Positions 38,401-48,882 of a DNA stretch of 60,759 nt are shown here, piece by piece. A program made the translations under genes and the position numbers. The notes below the pieces were generated by a model. The model ran no database searches. It saw only the letters and a list, made by a program, of their open reading frames with translations, and was not told the origin of the DNA. Numbering within the stretch: position 1 is the first letter of the stretch; every line of letters begins with the position of its first letter. The stretch comes from Malacoraja senta. Its lineage: Eukaryota. The DNA is taken from assembly GCA_038087875.1 (NCBI GenBank), contig JAXLNO010001148.1, positions 127,242 to 188,000 on the forward strand. Reading direction: 5' to 3'.

Positions 38401-38906
38401 AGGTGCATAAATGTTCGATCAACGTACGACATACGCTTATCCAATTTAAAACATTACATAGATTATATTATTCAAAAACCAAACTAAATAAAATCTTTCC
38501 TAACGTCTCACCAATCTGTGATAAATGTATATGTCAAGAAGCTACCATAGCACATTCTTTTGTTTTTTGTACAAAAATCCAAAAATTCTGGTTTGAAATA
38601 TTTGATATTTTTTCAAAATTAATCAAAATAAAACTGGTACCAAAACCAGAATGGATTATTTTTGGAATATCGGAAGGTATTCCTGAATTAAATGTGTATC
38701 AGAAGAATTTACTCAATTATGGGCTAATAATGGGAAAAAAGCTTATACTTAAATTCTGGAAAAATGCGCCCACACCAACAATAAAAATGTGGACATCAAA
38801 TATGTTGGAAACATTACATCTGGAAGAGATGAGATTCCTCCTAGTAGGCAAAGTAGACCAATTTCAAAAGACGTGGTCTACGTTTTTGGACCTATTACAA
38901 GCATGA
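35403..38906 (+). CDS. L1 ORF2p (truncated APE endonuclease, RT, CCHC), uninterrupted ~1167 aa
   Basis: GGDFN, YSRIDYFL and SDHSP (APE C-half), KTPGPDG, SLDAEKAFD, QGCSLSP, LYADD (RT), CDKC...H...C knuckle. No internal stop. The start ATG lies in the TSD. Confidence 0.9.
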   Translation: MGGRYLIVAGEINNMPITLVNIYAPNFDNPQFFNKILNIIAESNYQNVIIGGDFNCVLDPYLDKSMQKQKGQTKSKTSELLHTYMENTNITDVWRIANPTGRDYSFYSMVHKTYSRIDYFLVDTKLIPQSLNPKYHINAISDHSPLTFVLKLEGMSMNKPFWRFNSQILKDPQGSIYLKKQMDLFFELNDTPEISPTLLWESFKAFIRGVIISFQAYQNKKNKNEQRHLEDQIKQLDIDNAKDPTMDKHNKILLLKFQLNKLLSEKVITLFQITKQEHFEFGDKPHKLLARQLKKREKENAILKIKSDRGEVLTLPKDINKRFAQFYQNLYTSKTSIDNNKISEFLDNCNLPQLERREQEELGAQITSKEIEDTIKTLKNGKTPGPDGFSNEFYKSFYDIVTPRLQKMYTYAYKEQNLPETLAESTIILILKKDKNIEEPGSYRAIALLNTDQKIIAKTLANRLSKYVSRLIHEDQTGFIPKRHSFNNLRRLLNIMHSHKSYDQELAIISLDAEKAFDQVEWDYMIKVLQKFQLGENFIAWIKLLYNKPTARILTNNILSSKFELSRGNRQGCSLSPLLFALVIEPLAEKIRTHSNIHGYNTKYSNNKLSLYADDVLLYITKPQISIPNILNLIEDFGSFSGYRINWNKSEIMSIKPKDSTHLRKFPFKIAMEKFKYLGIEITRNYHDMFKANYNPLLKKLNNLIKFWKTLPMSLIGRINAIKMIFLPQILYLFQSIPIYLPKKFFKKLDSDITNFIWDYKSHRIQRTHLNKRKELGGLALPNFMYYNWAVNIKNMIHLLDNSAQQVDWIIMEKGDCSPNNIGAIILSPINLNNKNYNKNPIIYSTIRTWKQIKQNLKLRNLSLLIPIVNNPSSKPSIIDKSFIQWERMGIKTLEDLYELEKLISFQQLQLKYNLKNNQYFKYLQICDYLKTHTKDYYNMPSDLLDEAMKTKAESVNLISYLYNIILNIEIPTTDGIRRDWEQDLGIKISKESWDNHLLQVHKCSINVRHTLIQFKTLHRLYYSKTKLNKIFPNVSPICDKCICQEATIAHSFVFCTKIQKFWFEIFDIFSKLIKIKLVPKPEWIIFGISEGIPELNVYQKNLLNYGLIMGKKLILKFWKNAPTPTIKMWTSNMLETLHLEEMRFLLVGKVDQFQKTWSTFLDLLQA

Positions 38907-39314
38907 GGTGCAATAGTAATTTAGAAAAACAAATAAATAAAGAAAAGGTATCTGGACCTGGTAATGGGAGGTAAAACAAAAACAGACTTGGTTGGTAGTT
39001 CCTTCTCTATGAAGTATGTTATAAGAGTTATAATAGAGCGATTGTTCCTTCTTTCTTTCTCTTTCTTTTCTAGGGTCTATTTTCTAACTTTACTTCCTTC
39101 TCTAACTTCTTTTCTAAGGGGCTTTCTTTTCCCAACACTCTTTTGCACTTCACAACCTTTGCGCACTTTCTTCACTTTTCTTACTTCTTTCTTTTTCTTT
39201 CTTAAAGTTTAAAAAAGTGAAGCGGTACAAAAAATGTATTAATATATACGTGTTGTACATTACTGTAATCTACCGTACTTCTATTAAAAAAATTATTAAA
39301 AAAAAAAAAAAAAA
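35410..39314 (+). mobile_element. Young L1 retrotransposon, 5'-truncated, with 14-bp TSD and poly-A
   Basis: TSD TAAGGTGATGGGAG at 35396-35409 and 39315-39328 (identical). Poly-A to 39314. Inserted within a CR1 tail. Confidence 0.95.
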
Positions 39315-39704
39315 TAAGGTGATGGGAGAGAAATGTCAAGGGGATCTGAGCAGACGTTTCTCACCGCAGTAGTTATCTGGAATGAGCTGCAGGGGAGATG
39401 GTAGAGGCAGATATAATCACAATGTCTAGAAAGCATTTGGACTTTTGGTAGGAAAGTCAGGGAGGGATAAGGGCGTAATTCATGTAATTGTAGATAAACA
39501 TCTCGGTCAGCATAGACAAGATTGGGCAAAAGGGCCTGTTTATATGCTGCATGATTCAGTTTATTTTAAGATTCTTTCTGTGGTTTTCATGTTGCTATCT
39601 CTATTAGCCAGAATAAGCACTGAAAATGGCTCAATCAGTCTACACCAGAGAGAACACTGCGTGAACCAAAGGAAGTGAGATATGTAAAATAGGTTCTTTA
39701 GTTT

Positions 39705-40018
39705 TTTAATTTAGATACACAGCGTGGAAACAGGCCTTTCGGCCCACCGAGTCTGCACCGGCCAGCGACTAACCCGCACACTAATACTATCCTATGTACA
39801 CGAGGGACAATTTGACACATGCATCAAGCCAATTCACCTACATTCCTGCACGTCTTTGGAGTGGGAGGAAATCGAAGATCTCGGTGAAAATCCACGCAGG
39901 TCACGGGGAGAACGTACTAACTCCGTACAGACAGCACCCATAGTCAGGATTGAAACCGGGTCTCTGGCACTGCAAACACTGTAAGGCAGCAACTCTACCA
40001 CTGTGCCACTGTGCCGCC
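39705..40018 (-). mobile_element. tRNA-derived SINE
   Basis: Antisense full-length family copy. Confidence 0.8.
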
Positions 40019-40104
40019 CTTATTGGTAACTTTGTGTGATCTTATTTTGTTAGGATGCAAATCCTATGGGAACGCTTTCTCAAAGAGATAGATAATGATG
40101 TAGA

Positions 40105-40390
40105 AACAACGAACTGCAGATGCTGGTTTGTACCAAAGAGAGTCACAAAGTGCTGGAGTAACTCAACGGGTCAGAGGTGTTCTACAGCATCTCTGTAGAA
40201 AAAGGATGGGTGATGCTGGGTGAAGCTTCAGGTTGGGATCCTTCTTCAGACTGATGTATCGGGTTGGGACCCTTCTTCAGACTAACCCTGCTTGAGACTG
40301 AAGTAGGGTCCCGACCCAAAGTGTCATCCAGCCTTTTTCTCCAGAGATGCTGCCGGTCTCGCTGAGTTACTTTAGCACTCTGTGTCTAAG
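40105..40390. repeat. Fold-back PLE pLTR pair
   Basis: Inverted arms acaaagtgctggagtaactca... and ...ctgagttactttagcactctgtgt. Confidence 0.7.
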
Positions 40391-40717
40391 GTTGATAATG
40401 AGTTATTCAATCCTGATTTTTTGTGCTGTTAATTTCTGCATGCTCACAGGGCAGACTGTGACCGTAAACAGTTGAAAAATGAGTCTAGCAGGAAATGTGT
40501 GGTATTTGAGTAAGTGTGAATGTGGGGCCTCTCCAGTGAGACGATTGGGGAACTCCCTGACAAAGGGGGATGTGGTGAACAAGTCACCAGGAGGTCATAT
40601 CAAAGCAGAAGTTAAATGTTACATTGATATTTTTAGTCTGCTCTTGATGTACTGGCATGATGCAATCCGATTTGGACAACTTACTGAATATTGCAGCTGA
40701 AGATGGTATAGATATAT

Positions 40718-40990
40718 AGCATTGGAACAGGCTCTTCAGCCCACCAAGTCCACGCTGAACAGCGATCACCATACAGTAGCAATATCCTATAGACTAGCAA
40801 CAATTTATAATCTTTACCAAACCCTATTAAACTACAAACTCATCTTTGGAGTGTGGGAGGAAGCTGGAGCACCCAGGGAAATCTCACAGGTAGAATGTAA
40901 AAACTCCATATAGACAGCACCCATGGTCAGGATTGAACCTGGCGGTCTCTTGAGCTGTAAGGCAGTAACTCTACCGCTGTTCCACCGTGT
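40718..40990 (-). mobile_element. tRNA-derived SINE
   Basis: Antisense family core and head. Confidence 0.7.
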
Positions 40991-41449
40991 CACCCTTTTG
41001 TGGGGGATCATGCAGAAGCCTCCTCGTGACGATCCACGGAACCGATGACACGATGCACTCTGAGACACGTCGGGCGACCAATTCTGTCAACATGTTGGAC
41101 GACGACAGAAGCCAACAGTGAGCTACACCTCATCTGACACACGAGCGAATGAACCCTTGTTAGACTAATCAACAAGTTTACGACATAAATATGATGTGAT
41201 GCAACTAATTGAGAGTGCAGCATGGAGAGTGCAGAACAGAAACAAGCCCTTTGACCCATCAAGTCCATACTAACTATTTTGGGACCTGATCTCTTTTTAT
41301 CTTCCTGATATTTCCAATACCTACCCCTAGATTTTACTCTTTAACGACACACGGAGCAATAAATGGTGGCCTGTGAACCAAATAACTGCCGTGACTTCCC
41401 TTTGTGGGTGGAATATCTGAATATCATATTTCCAAATGTTGATCAGTAA

Positions 41450-41745
41450 GGGCGACACGGTGGGGCAGCGATAGAGTTGCTGCCTTAAAGTGTCAGAGCC
41501 CCGGGTCCGATCCTGACTATGGCTGCTGTCTGTACGGAGTTTGTACATTCTCCCCATGACCAGTGGGTTTTCGCCAAGATCTTCGGTTTCCTCCCACACT
41601 CCAAAGACGTACAGGTTTGTAGGTTAATAGGCTTGATATAAATGTAAATTGTCCTTCGTGTGTAGGATAGTGTTAATGTGCGGGGATCTGTGCGGACTCG
41701 TGCTGAAGGGCCTGTTTCCACACTGTATCTCTAAACTAAACTAAA
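41450..41745 (+). mobile_element. tRNA-derived SINE, full length
   Basis: gggcgacacggtggggcagcg head, B-box-like gggtccgatcc, tail ctaaactaaactaaaa. Confidence 0.85.
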
Positions 41746-42110
41746 ATAATCTAAGCTTGACATTTAGAATCATATACAGCATAGAAACAGGCCCTTCAGC
41801 CCAGCTTATCTATGCCAGCCAAGATGCCCCATCTACCCTTGACCCACCTATCTATATTTTAGCTTAGTTTAATTTATTATTAATGTCACGTGTACTGTTT
41901 TACTGTGAAAATGTTTCTTGTGTGCTATCCAGTCAGTGAAAAGACTACATAACTATGAAGCCGTTCACAATCTATAGATACAGGGTAAATGATATCATGT
42001 TTAGTGCAATGTAAATCCAATTGGTGTTTTGCCGATTTCCCTCCAAACCTTTCCTATCCATAGAAATTCCTATTACTTGACAATAATTGTATTATATTCT
42101 TGGTGTCTAG

Positions 42111-42371
42111 CGCCTCACACACTGATCTATTACTACACCCTGAACCACGGGAGAACTCATCTACCAGAATATAGTGTCGTGGGTGTTGTGGACGGTTGTG
42201 AGATACAGTATTATGACAAAAACATGGTCATTACAGTTCCAAGACAGAAATGGATGGCGGCTGCATTTGACAGGAATTACTGGGTAACAAATACGGTCTG
42301 TGAAACTGGTTTCCATGGAATCATCAAAGGGCAAGTCGATGAATGGATGCGGAGGCAGAACAAAACAGCAA
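42111..42371 (+). CDS. MHC class I-like heavy chain, exon 2 (alpha1 domain)
   Basis: Acceptor tctag|CG at 42110/42111, donor A|GTTAGT at 42372, 261 nt. Encodes (A)PHTLIYYYT...PEYSVVGVVDG...YYD...PRQKWM...YW...RRQNKTA, with the class I alpha1 hallmarks H3, Y7, D29, W51, Y59/W60, R84 and N86 glycan sequon (HLA numbering). Confidence 0.93.
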
Positions 42372-44519
42372 GTTAGTTCATTCATTTCAATACATTTGGA
42401 GTGTGATCAATGTTCATAAAAAAACATCTCAAAGAAATTTCTCGCTGTGCCAGAGACCCAGGTTTGATCCTGACTACACGTTCTCCCTGTGACCACAGAT
42501 ATTTCCTCCAGGTGCTCCGGTTTCGTCCCATATCTTGAAAATGTGAGAGTTTGTAGGTTAATTGGGCTCTGTAAATTACTCTTGTGTGCTGAGAATGGGT
42601 GAGAAGGTGGGATTACATAGATGTGTTGGAAGGAACTGAAGATGCTGGTTTACAGCAAAGATAGGCACAATGTGCTGGAGTAACTCAGCGGGACAGGCAG
42701 CATCTCTGGATACAAGGAATGGATGACTTTTCAGGTCAAGACCCTTCCTCAGAGTGTTTCCCCTGACTTACTCCAGCATTTTGTGTCCATTTTGGGATAA
42801 CATAGAACTAGTGTGAAAGATGATCGATGGTTGGCTTGGAATTGGTGGGCAGAATGGCCCATTTCCATGCTAAGTCACTAACCTAAGAACTGCAGATGTT
42901 GCAAATGTGAAATAAAAACCAAAAATGCCATTGTCTGATGGCTTAATTGTCAGTTTATCACCAATGAAACCTGTCATTACCTTCATCAGTGATACTCCCT
43001 ATGTCCAACCATGCCTCCCACTCCTGTCTGTAACTTACACATTCTCACAATTCTGAAGCATTAATTTTGTTTCTCTTTCCATAGGTTCTGTTGAACCTGC
43101 TATGCTTCCAGCATTTTACAAATCATTGAAATGTTGGTGGCTTTTTGAATGGTTAAAATCCCTTGCGTACCTCACCAATCGTTTTTACTTTTATTGACAA
43201 ATTTTGAAAGAAAAGTAGTGTGAAATATTTAAAGGGTAACCTATATGGCATTGTGGTTCAGCCGTAGTGATGCTGCCGTAGTGCCAGAGACCCAGGGTTG
43301 ATCCTGGCCTCAGGTGCTGTCTGTACATAGTTTGTACGTACTCCCCGTGACCTGCGTGGGATTTCCCCGGATGCTCCGGTTTCCTCCCACACTCCAAGCC
43401 TGTATGCCAAAGGGGATCACTGGTCACTGTGGACTCTAAGGGCTGTTTTCGTGCTATATCTCTAAATTATCTTGGGCACCAATTGTAAAGTAAGCTGTCC
43501 AAATCCGTCTGCACCACGCTTGTATATCCATATAATTTGCAATTGGACATGTTTTATATTGTAAATCAATAAGTCCTATCACCATTACTGTGTTAATTCA
43601 ATGAAATTCGTAGTGTACCATTGAACAAAGCAGGACTAGGAGTGAGGGGACCATTGTGAGGTGGGGGGTGGGGGGTGGGGGGGGGGGGACAAAGGAGGAC
43701 CTGGTGTGGGAGACTTTATAACTTTGTCGGTGCCCTTTATGTGAAGAATCTTGACATACGTTGGGTTTACAAAACAAAGAATTTCACTGTGACTTGTCAC
43801 ATGTCACAATAAAGTGTCATTCATTCATGATTAATTATTTCTGAAAACATTGCTTTTTGTTACCTCTTTGGTTACACTTTAAACAAATTATATTATTAAT
43901 CTTTAACTGGACTAAAACAGGGTGAGGGTTCAAACAGGGAACAATACATCAAAATATTATGCACTGGGCATAATTTCTATCAATTTTCCACATCTTGCAA
44001 TATTTATTATTATTTTCATATTATATGTGATTACATGTGAATGACGTTTATTAGATTATCATCTGATTCATTGAACCATGTTTATTGAACCATATTGCCT
44101 TCAAAAATATATTTTTTTAATTTGCATTATTTATGGTGCACATATTATCTGCAACATTGTTGTGTTTATGAGATTTATGAGCATATTGTTGGGGCTCAAG
44201 GGTGTGAACAAGAGGGAGAGATTGGGCAAGCCAGGGCTTTATTCCATGGAGCACAGGAGGCTGAGGGGTGATCATATAGGGGTGTTTAAAATCATGAGGG
44301 GAATTGATAGAGTGTATGCCCAGAGCCTTTTACCCAGAGAAGGAGAATAAAATAACCAGAGGACATGGGTTTAATGTGAGAGGGGGAAGATTTAATTGGA
44401 ACTTGGGACAATCTTTGTGCTCAGAGAGTGGTCAGCATATGGAATGACCTGCCAGAGAATGGAGTTGCGGCAGGTACAATAACAATATTTAAAAGACACA
44501 TGGACAGGGACATGCATAG

Positions 44520-45005
44520 GTAGATAAAAGTGCTGGAGAAACTCAGCGGGTGAGGCAGCATCTATGGAGCGAAGGAAATAGGCAACGTTTCGGGCCGAAA
44601 ACCCTTCTTCAGACTGATGTGAGGGTGGGTGGGAGGGGGGGGGGTGGGGCGCAGGAAGAAGAAAGGAAAAGGTGGAGCCAGTGGGCTGAGGGAGAGCTGA
44701 GTAGGGGAGGAGAAAGTAAGGACTACCTGAAATTAAAGAAGTCAATGTTCATACCGTTGGGGTGCAAACTGCCCAAGCGAAATATGAGGTGCTGCTCCTC
44801 CAATTTACGGTGGTCCTCACTCTGGCCATGGAGGTGGCCGAGGGCAGAAAGGTCGGATTTGGAATGGGAGGGGGGAGTTGAAGTGCTGATCCACCGGGAG
44901 ATCAGGTTGGTTGTTGCGAACCGAGCGGAGGCGTTCGGCGAAACGATCGCCAAGCCTGCGCTTGGTCTCACCGATGTAGAGCAGCTGACATCTAGAGAGA
45001 AACGT
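44520..45005 (-). mobile_element. PLE 3' fragment with pLTR
   Basis: Minus ORF 44723-45025 ends HGQSEDHRKLEEQHLIFRLGSLHPNGMNIDFFNFR, the same C-terminus as the other PLE copies. pLTR at 44520-44620. Confidence 0.85.
44581..44616 (-). ncRNA. Minimal type I hammerhead ribozyme-like motif in a PLE pLTR
   Basis: Minus strand reads CAGU-CUGAAGA-A-GGGU-UUUCG-GCCC-GAAA-CGUU-GCC: core boxes, helix II and palindromic ACGU helix III. There is an extra A before helix II, and helix I is only ~2 bp. Confidence 0.55.
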
Positions 45006-45849
45006 TTTGAATGATGTCTACCCATTGCAGGGTAAATGGGACTAGCTTAAATGGGGTATCTTGATTAGCTTGGATAAGTTGGGCCAAAGGGCTTGTTTCC
45101 CAGCTGTGTGACTCTCTATGACTGCTTTATAGCAAAGAGCGCTGCTGTCTCACAGCTCCAGTGATCCGGGTTCAATCATCTCCAGTGCAGTCTGTGTGGA
45201 GTATAAGCATTCTCCCTATGACAATGTTTGTTCTCCAGTTTCCTCCCACATACCAAAATGTGCTGATTTAGTAGATTAAGCCACCGCTGAAAATAGGTGG
45301 ATTTGTGGCATTGATAGAAATGAGAAAGATCCGTTTTGGGGAAAATTAGTGTTGGAATGGTTTTGTTCTCTGGGCTAGAGTGGGCTCAGGAGGCTGAAAG
45401 GCCTCTTTCTCTGTCACATGGATTTATGGGCAGTTATTTATCCTTGAACTGCCTTCTTTCTCATTTTAGTCAACAGTGTAAAATTGAACTAATTGTCTGG
45501 ATTGAACTATTTAACAATTGTAGATGAAAGGAAGAGCAGAGGCTGCTTTCCTCCACACACAAAGTGCTGAGGAACTCAACGGGTCAAGTGGCATCTTTGG
45601 AGAACATGGGAAGGCAGATATTTCGGGTGAGGATCCTACTTCAGACTGAAGTTGGGTCACATTAGAACATGCTTTGTGCTCACACTCGCAGTCCAGTGTT
45701 AGTTTTCAAGGATTTTTTGTTATTCCCAGCTTGTAGTTGTTACATATTCAGCAGAGAGAAGACGAGACAAACTAAAGCACCTGCAAAACACAACTAAAAG
45801 ACCACAGAAAGAAGCTTGAAAAGAAGGCTCTTATCTAAACAACGTACTT

Positions 45850-47710
45850 TCAAGAGTGAGTTAGATTTAGCTCTTAAGGCTAAAGGAATCAAGGGATATG
45901 GGGGAAAAGATTAGTTAAAACAAATGTAGGTCCCTTGCAGTCAGAAACAGGTGAATTGATCATGGGGAACAAGGACATGGCAGACCAATTGAATAACTAC
46001 TTTGGTTCTGTCTTCACTAAGGAAGACTTAATTAACTGCCAAAAATAGCTGGGGACCGGGGGTCAAATGAGATGGAGGAACTGAGTGAAATCCAAGTTAG
46101 CCGGGAAGTGGTGTTAGGTAAATTGAATGGATTAAAGGCTGATAAATCCCCAGGGCCAGATAGGCTGCATCCCAGAGTACTTAAGGAAATAGCCCCAGAA
46201 ATAGTGGATGCATTAGTAATAATTTTTCAAAACTCTTTAGATTCTGGAGTAGTTCCTGAGGATTGGAGGGTACCTAATGTAACCCCACTTTTTAAAAAGG
46301 GAGGGAGAGAGAAAACGGGGAATTACAGACCAGTCAGTCTAACATCGGTAGTGGGGAAACTGCTAGAGTCAGTTATTAAAGATGGGATAGCAGCACATTA
46401 GGAAAATGGTGAAATCATTGGACAAAGTCAGCATGGATTTACGAAAGGTAAATCATGTCTGACGAATCTTATAAAAATTTTCGAGGATGTAACTAGTAGA
46501 GTGGATAAGGGAGAACCAGTGGATGTGTTATATCTGGACTTTCAGAAGACTTTCGACAAGGTCCCACATAAGAGATTAATATACAAACTTAAAGCACACG
46601 GTATTGGGGGTTCAGTATTGATGTGGATAGAGAACTGGCTGGCAGACAGGAAGCAAAGAGTAGGAGTAAACGGGTCCTTTTCACAAGCTGGGGGGCAGTG
46701 TTAGCTGTGAGGAGGGTACTAGGAGGCTGCAAGGTGACTTGGATAGGCTGGGTGAGTGGGCAAATGCATGGCAGATGTAGTATAATGTGGATAAATGTGT
46801 GGTTATCCACCTTGGTGGCAAAAACAGGAAAGTAGACTATTACCTGAATGGTGGCCGATTAGGAAAACGGGAGATGCAACGAGACCTGGGTGTCATGGTA
46901 CACCAGTCATTGAAAGTAGGCATGCTGGTGCAGCAGGCAGTGAAGAAAGCAAATGGTATGTTAGCATTCATAGCAAAAGGATTTGAGGAGCAGGGAGGTT
47001 CTACTGCAGTTGTTCAGGGTCTTGGTGAGACCACACCTGGAGTATTGCCTACAGTTTTGGTCTCCTAATCTGAGGAAGGACATTCTTGCCATAGAGGGAG
47101 TACAGAGAAGGTTCACCAGACTGATTCCTGGGATGTCAGGACTTTCATATGAAGAAAGACTGGATAGACTCGGCTTGTACTCGCTAGAATTTAGAAGATT
47201 GAGGGGGGATCTTATAGAAACTTACAAAATTCTTAAGGGGTTGGACAGGCTAGATGCAGGAAGATTGTTCCCGATTTTGGGGAAGTCCAGAACAAGGGCT
47301 CACAGTTTAAGGATAAAGGGGAAATCATTTAGGACTGAGATGAGAAAAACATTTTTTACACAGATAGTGCTGAATCTCTGGAATTCTCTGCCACAGAATG
47401 TAGTTGAGGCCCGTTCATTGGCTATATTTAAGAGGGAGTTAGATGTGGCCCTTGTGGCTAAAGGGATCAGGGGTTATGGAGAGAAGGCAGGTGCAGGATA
47501 CTGAGTTGGATGATCAGCCTTGATCATATTGAATGGCGGTGCAGGATCGAAGGGCCGAATGGCCTTCTCCTGCAACTATTTTCTGTGTTTCTATGTTTCT
47601 AAAAGCAGGAATGGGGTACTGATTCTAGATGCAGGCATGATCATATTGAATGGCGGTGCTGGCTCAAATGGCCGAATGGCCTACTCCTGTGCCTATTTTT
47701 CTATGTTTCT
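45850..47710 (+). mobile_element. CR1-clade LINE RT region, decayed
   Basis: [52 protein letters not shown] and a CR1 3' tail. Stops and an internal deletion across the catalytic motif. Confidence 0.9.
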
Positions 47711-48200
47711 ATAATTAGTATACATTCGGCTATTTGTGGTGTTTCTTGAAAACACGAAGACGAGAGAATGTAAAGGATCTGCAGAACAACTAAAAGACTG
47801 CAGAAATCAGCTTGAAAAGAAGGCTCTTCATCTATACAACATCATTATGTTTTATTCAGCTATCATTGTTTGTAGAGTTTCTTATTGGAATGAAAACATC
47901 ATCCAAGTTTTGACCCTTCCTTATTACGCCTGGTCCCAGGGGCATGGTTGGCATTAGCTCATTACCTTCATCCTAATAAAGGGTTGTTGTTCACAGTTGT
48001 GCCTAGGTTTTTATCAGTTATAACCTTGAGTTCACAAACTGTTCTTTGTCTCTGGGCTAAAGTTCACAGACTCTCCTTTTCAAGGAGTGAGCAGTTTTAA
48101 GCAAACTGACTTCAGCAAATCCTTACAAATTCCATCACCCCCCCCCCCCCCCCACTTTGATTCATCAATCAATGCCAGAGGGAATGAATCATCTAAGTAA

Positions 48201-48882
48201 AGGGGCCTGTCCCACTTACGTGTCCTTGGAACGCAAATTACGCGTTGAGCCGCGATGGTCCGGCGAAGGTCGGGCACGATTTCATGCGTACGCACAGCCG
48301 TCTGCAGCGCGTGATGTCATTTGAAGATGGACACAAAGCTGGAGTAACTCAGCGGGATCGGCAGCATCTCTGGAGAGAAGGAATGGATGACGTTTCATGT
48401 CGAGACTCTTCTTCAGTCTGAAAAGAAGGGTCTTGACCCGAAACATCACCCATTGCTTCTCTCCAGAGATGCTGCCGGTCCCGCTGAGTGACTCCTGCAT
48501 TTTGTGTCTATCTTCAATTTTCTTGGCCCCGCTCTGGGAGCAGAAGTGGGGGCGGATCCGGACCGCAACGGCCGTGAGCCCCAGGCCGAGTTCGGCGATC
48601 GTTTGCCTGCTTCTGCTGCTGTTGAAAGTGAGACGTTGCATCGCGCCAGGGTCTTGGGCCTGACCCACTTTGGCCGTCAGTTCCGCGACAGGCCGTTGGC
48701 GCGCGAAGATTTCATTCACTACAAAATTTTTGGAGCCCCGCGCAATGTCGCGCACAACTACATACCCTTCCGCGCTTCCAAGTGTGACCGGCCCCGCGCG
48801 GCCATACGATGCCCGTACGCCTCAACGCGACCACAAAGTCGCATAATTTGTGTGCCAAGGACACGTAAGTGGGATAGGCCCT
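48201..48882. mobile_element. Harbinger-like MITE with TAA TSD, carrying a nested pLTR palindrome
   Basis: TAA|AGGGGCCTGTCCCACTTACGTGTCCTTGG ... CCAAGGACACGTAAGTGGGATAGGCCCT|TAA, with ~45-bp imperfect TIRs. Confidence 0.8.
48321..48517. repeat. ~197-bp near-perfect palindrome of two PLE pLTRs
   Basis: TTGAAGATGGACACAAA...CTTCTTCAG T CTGAAAAGAAG...TTTGTGTCTATCTTCAA. Confidence 0.88.

Noticed and set aside
40547-40557. NF-kB-like site GGGGAACTCCC in intron 1
   Set aside because: A single degenerate 10-11-mer is expected by chance in 60 kb, and there is no supporting module.
42029-42110. N-terminal extension of ORF 42029-42376 (also 56251-56311) as coding sequence
   Set aside because: These parts lie upstream of clear splice acceptors and are intronic. 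Only the exon portions are class I-like.
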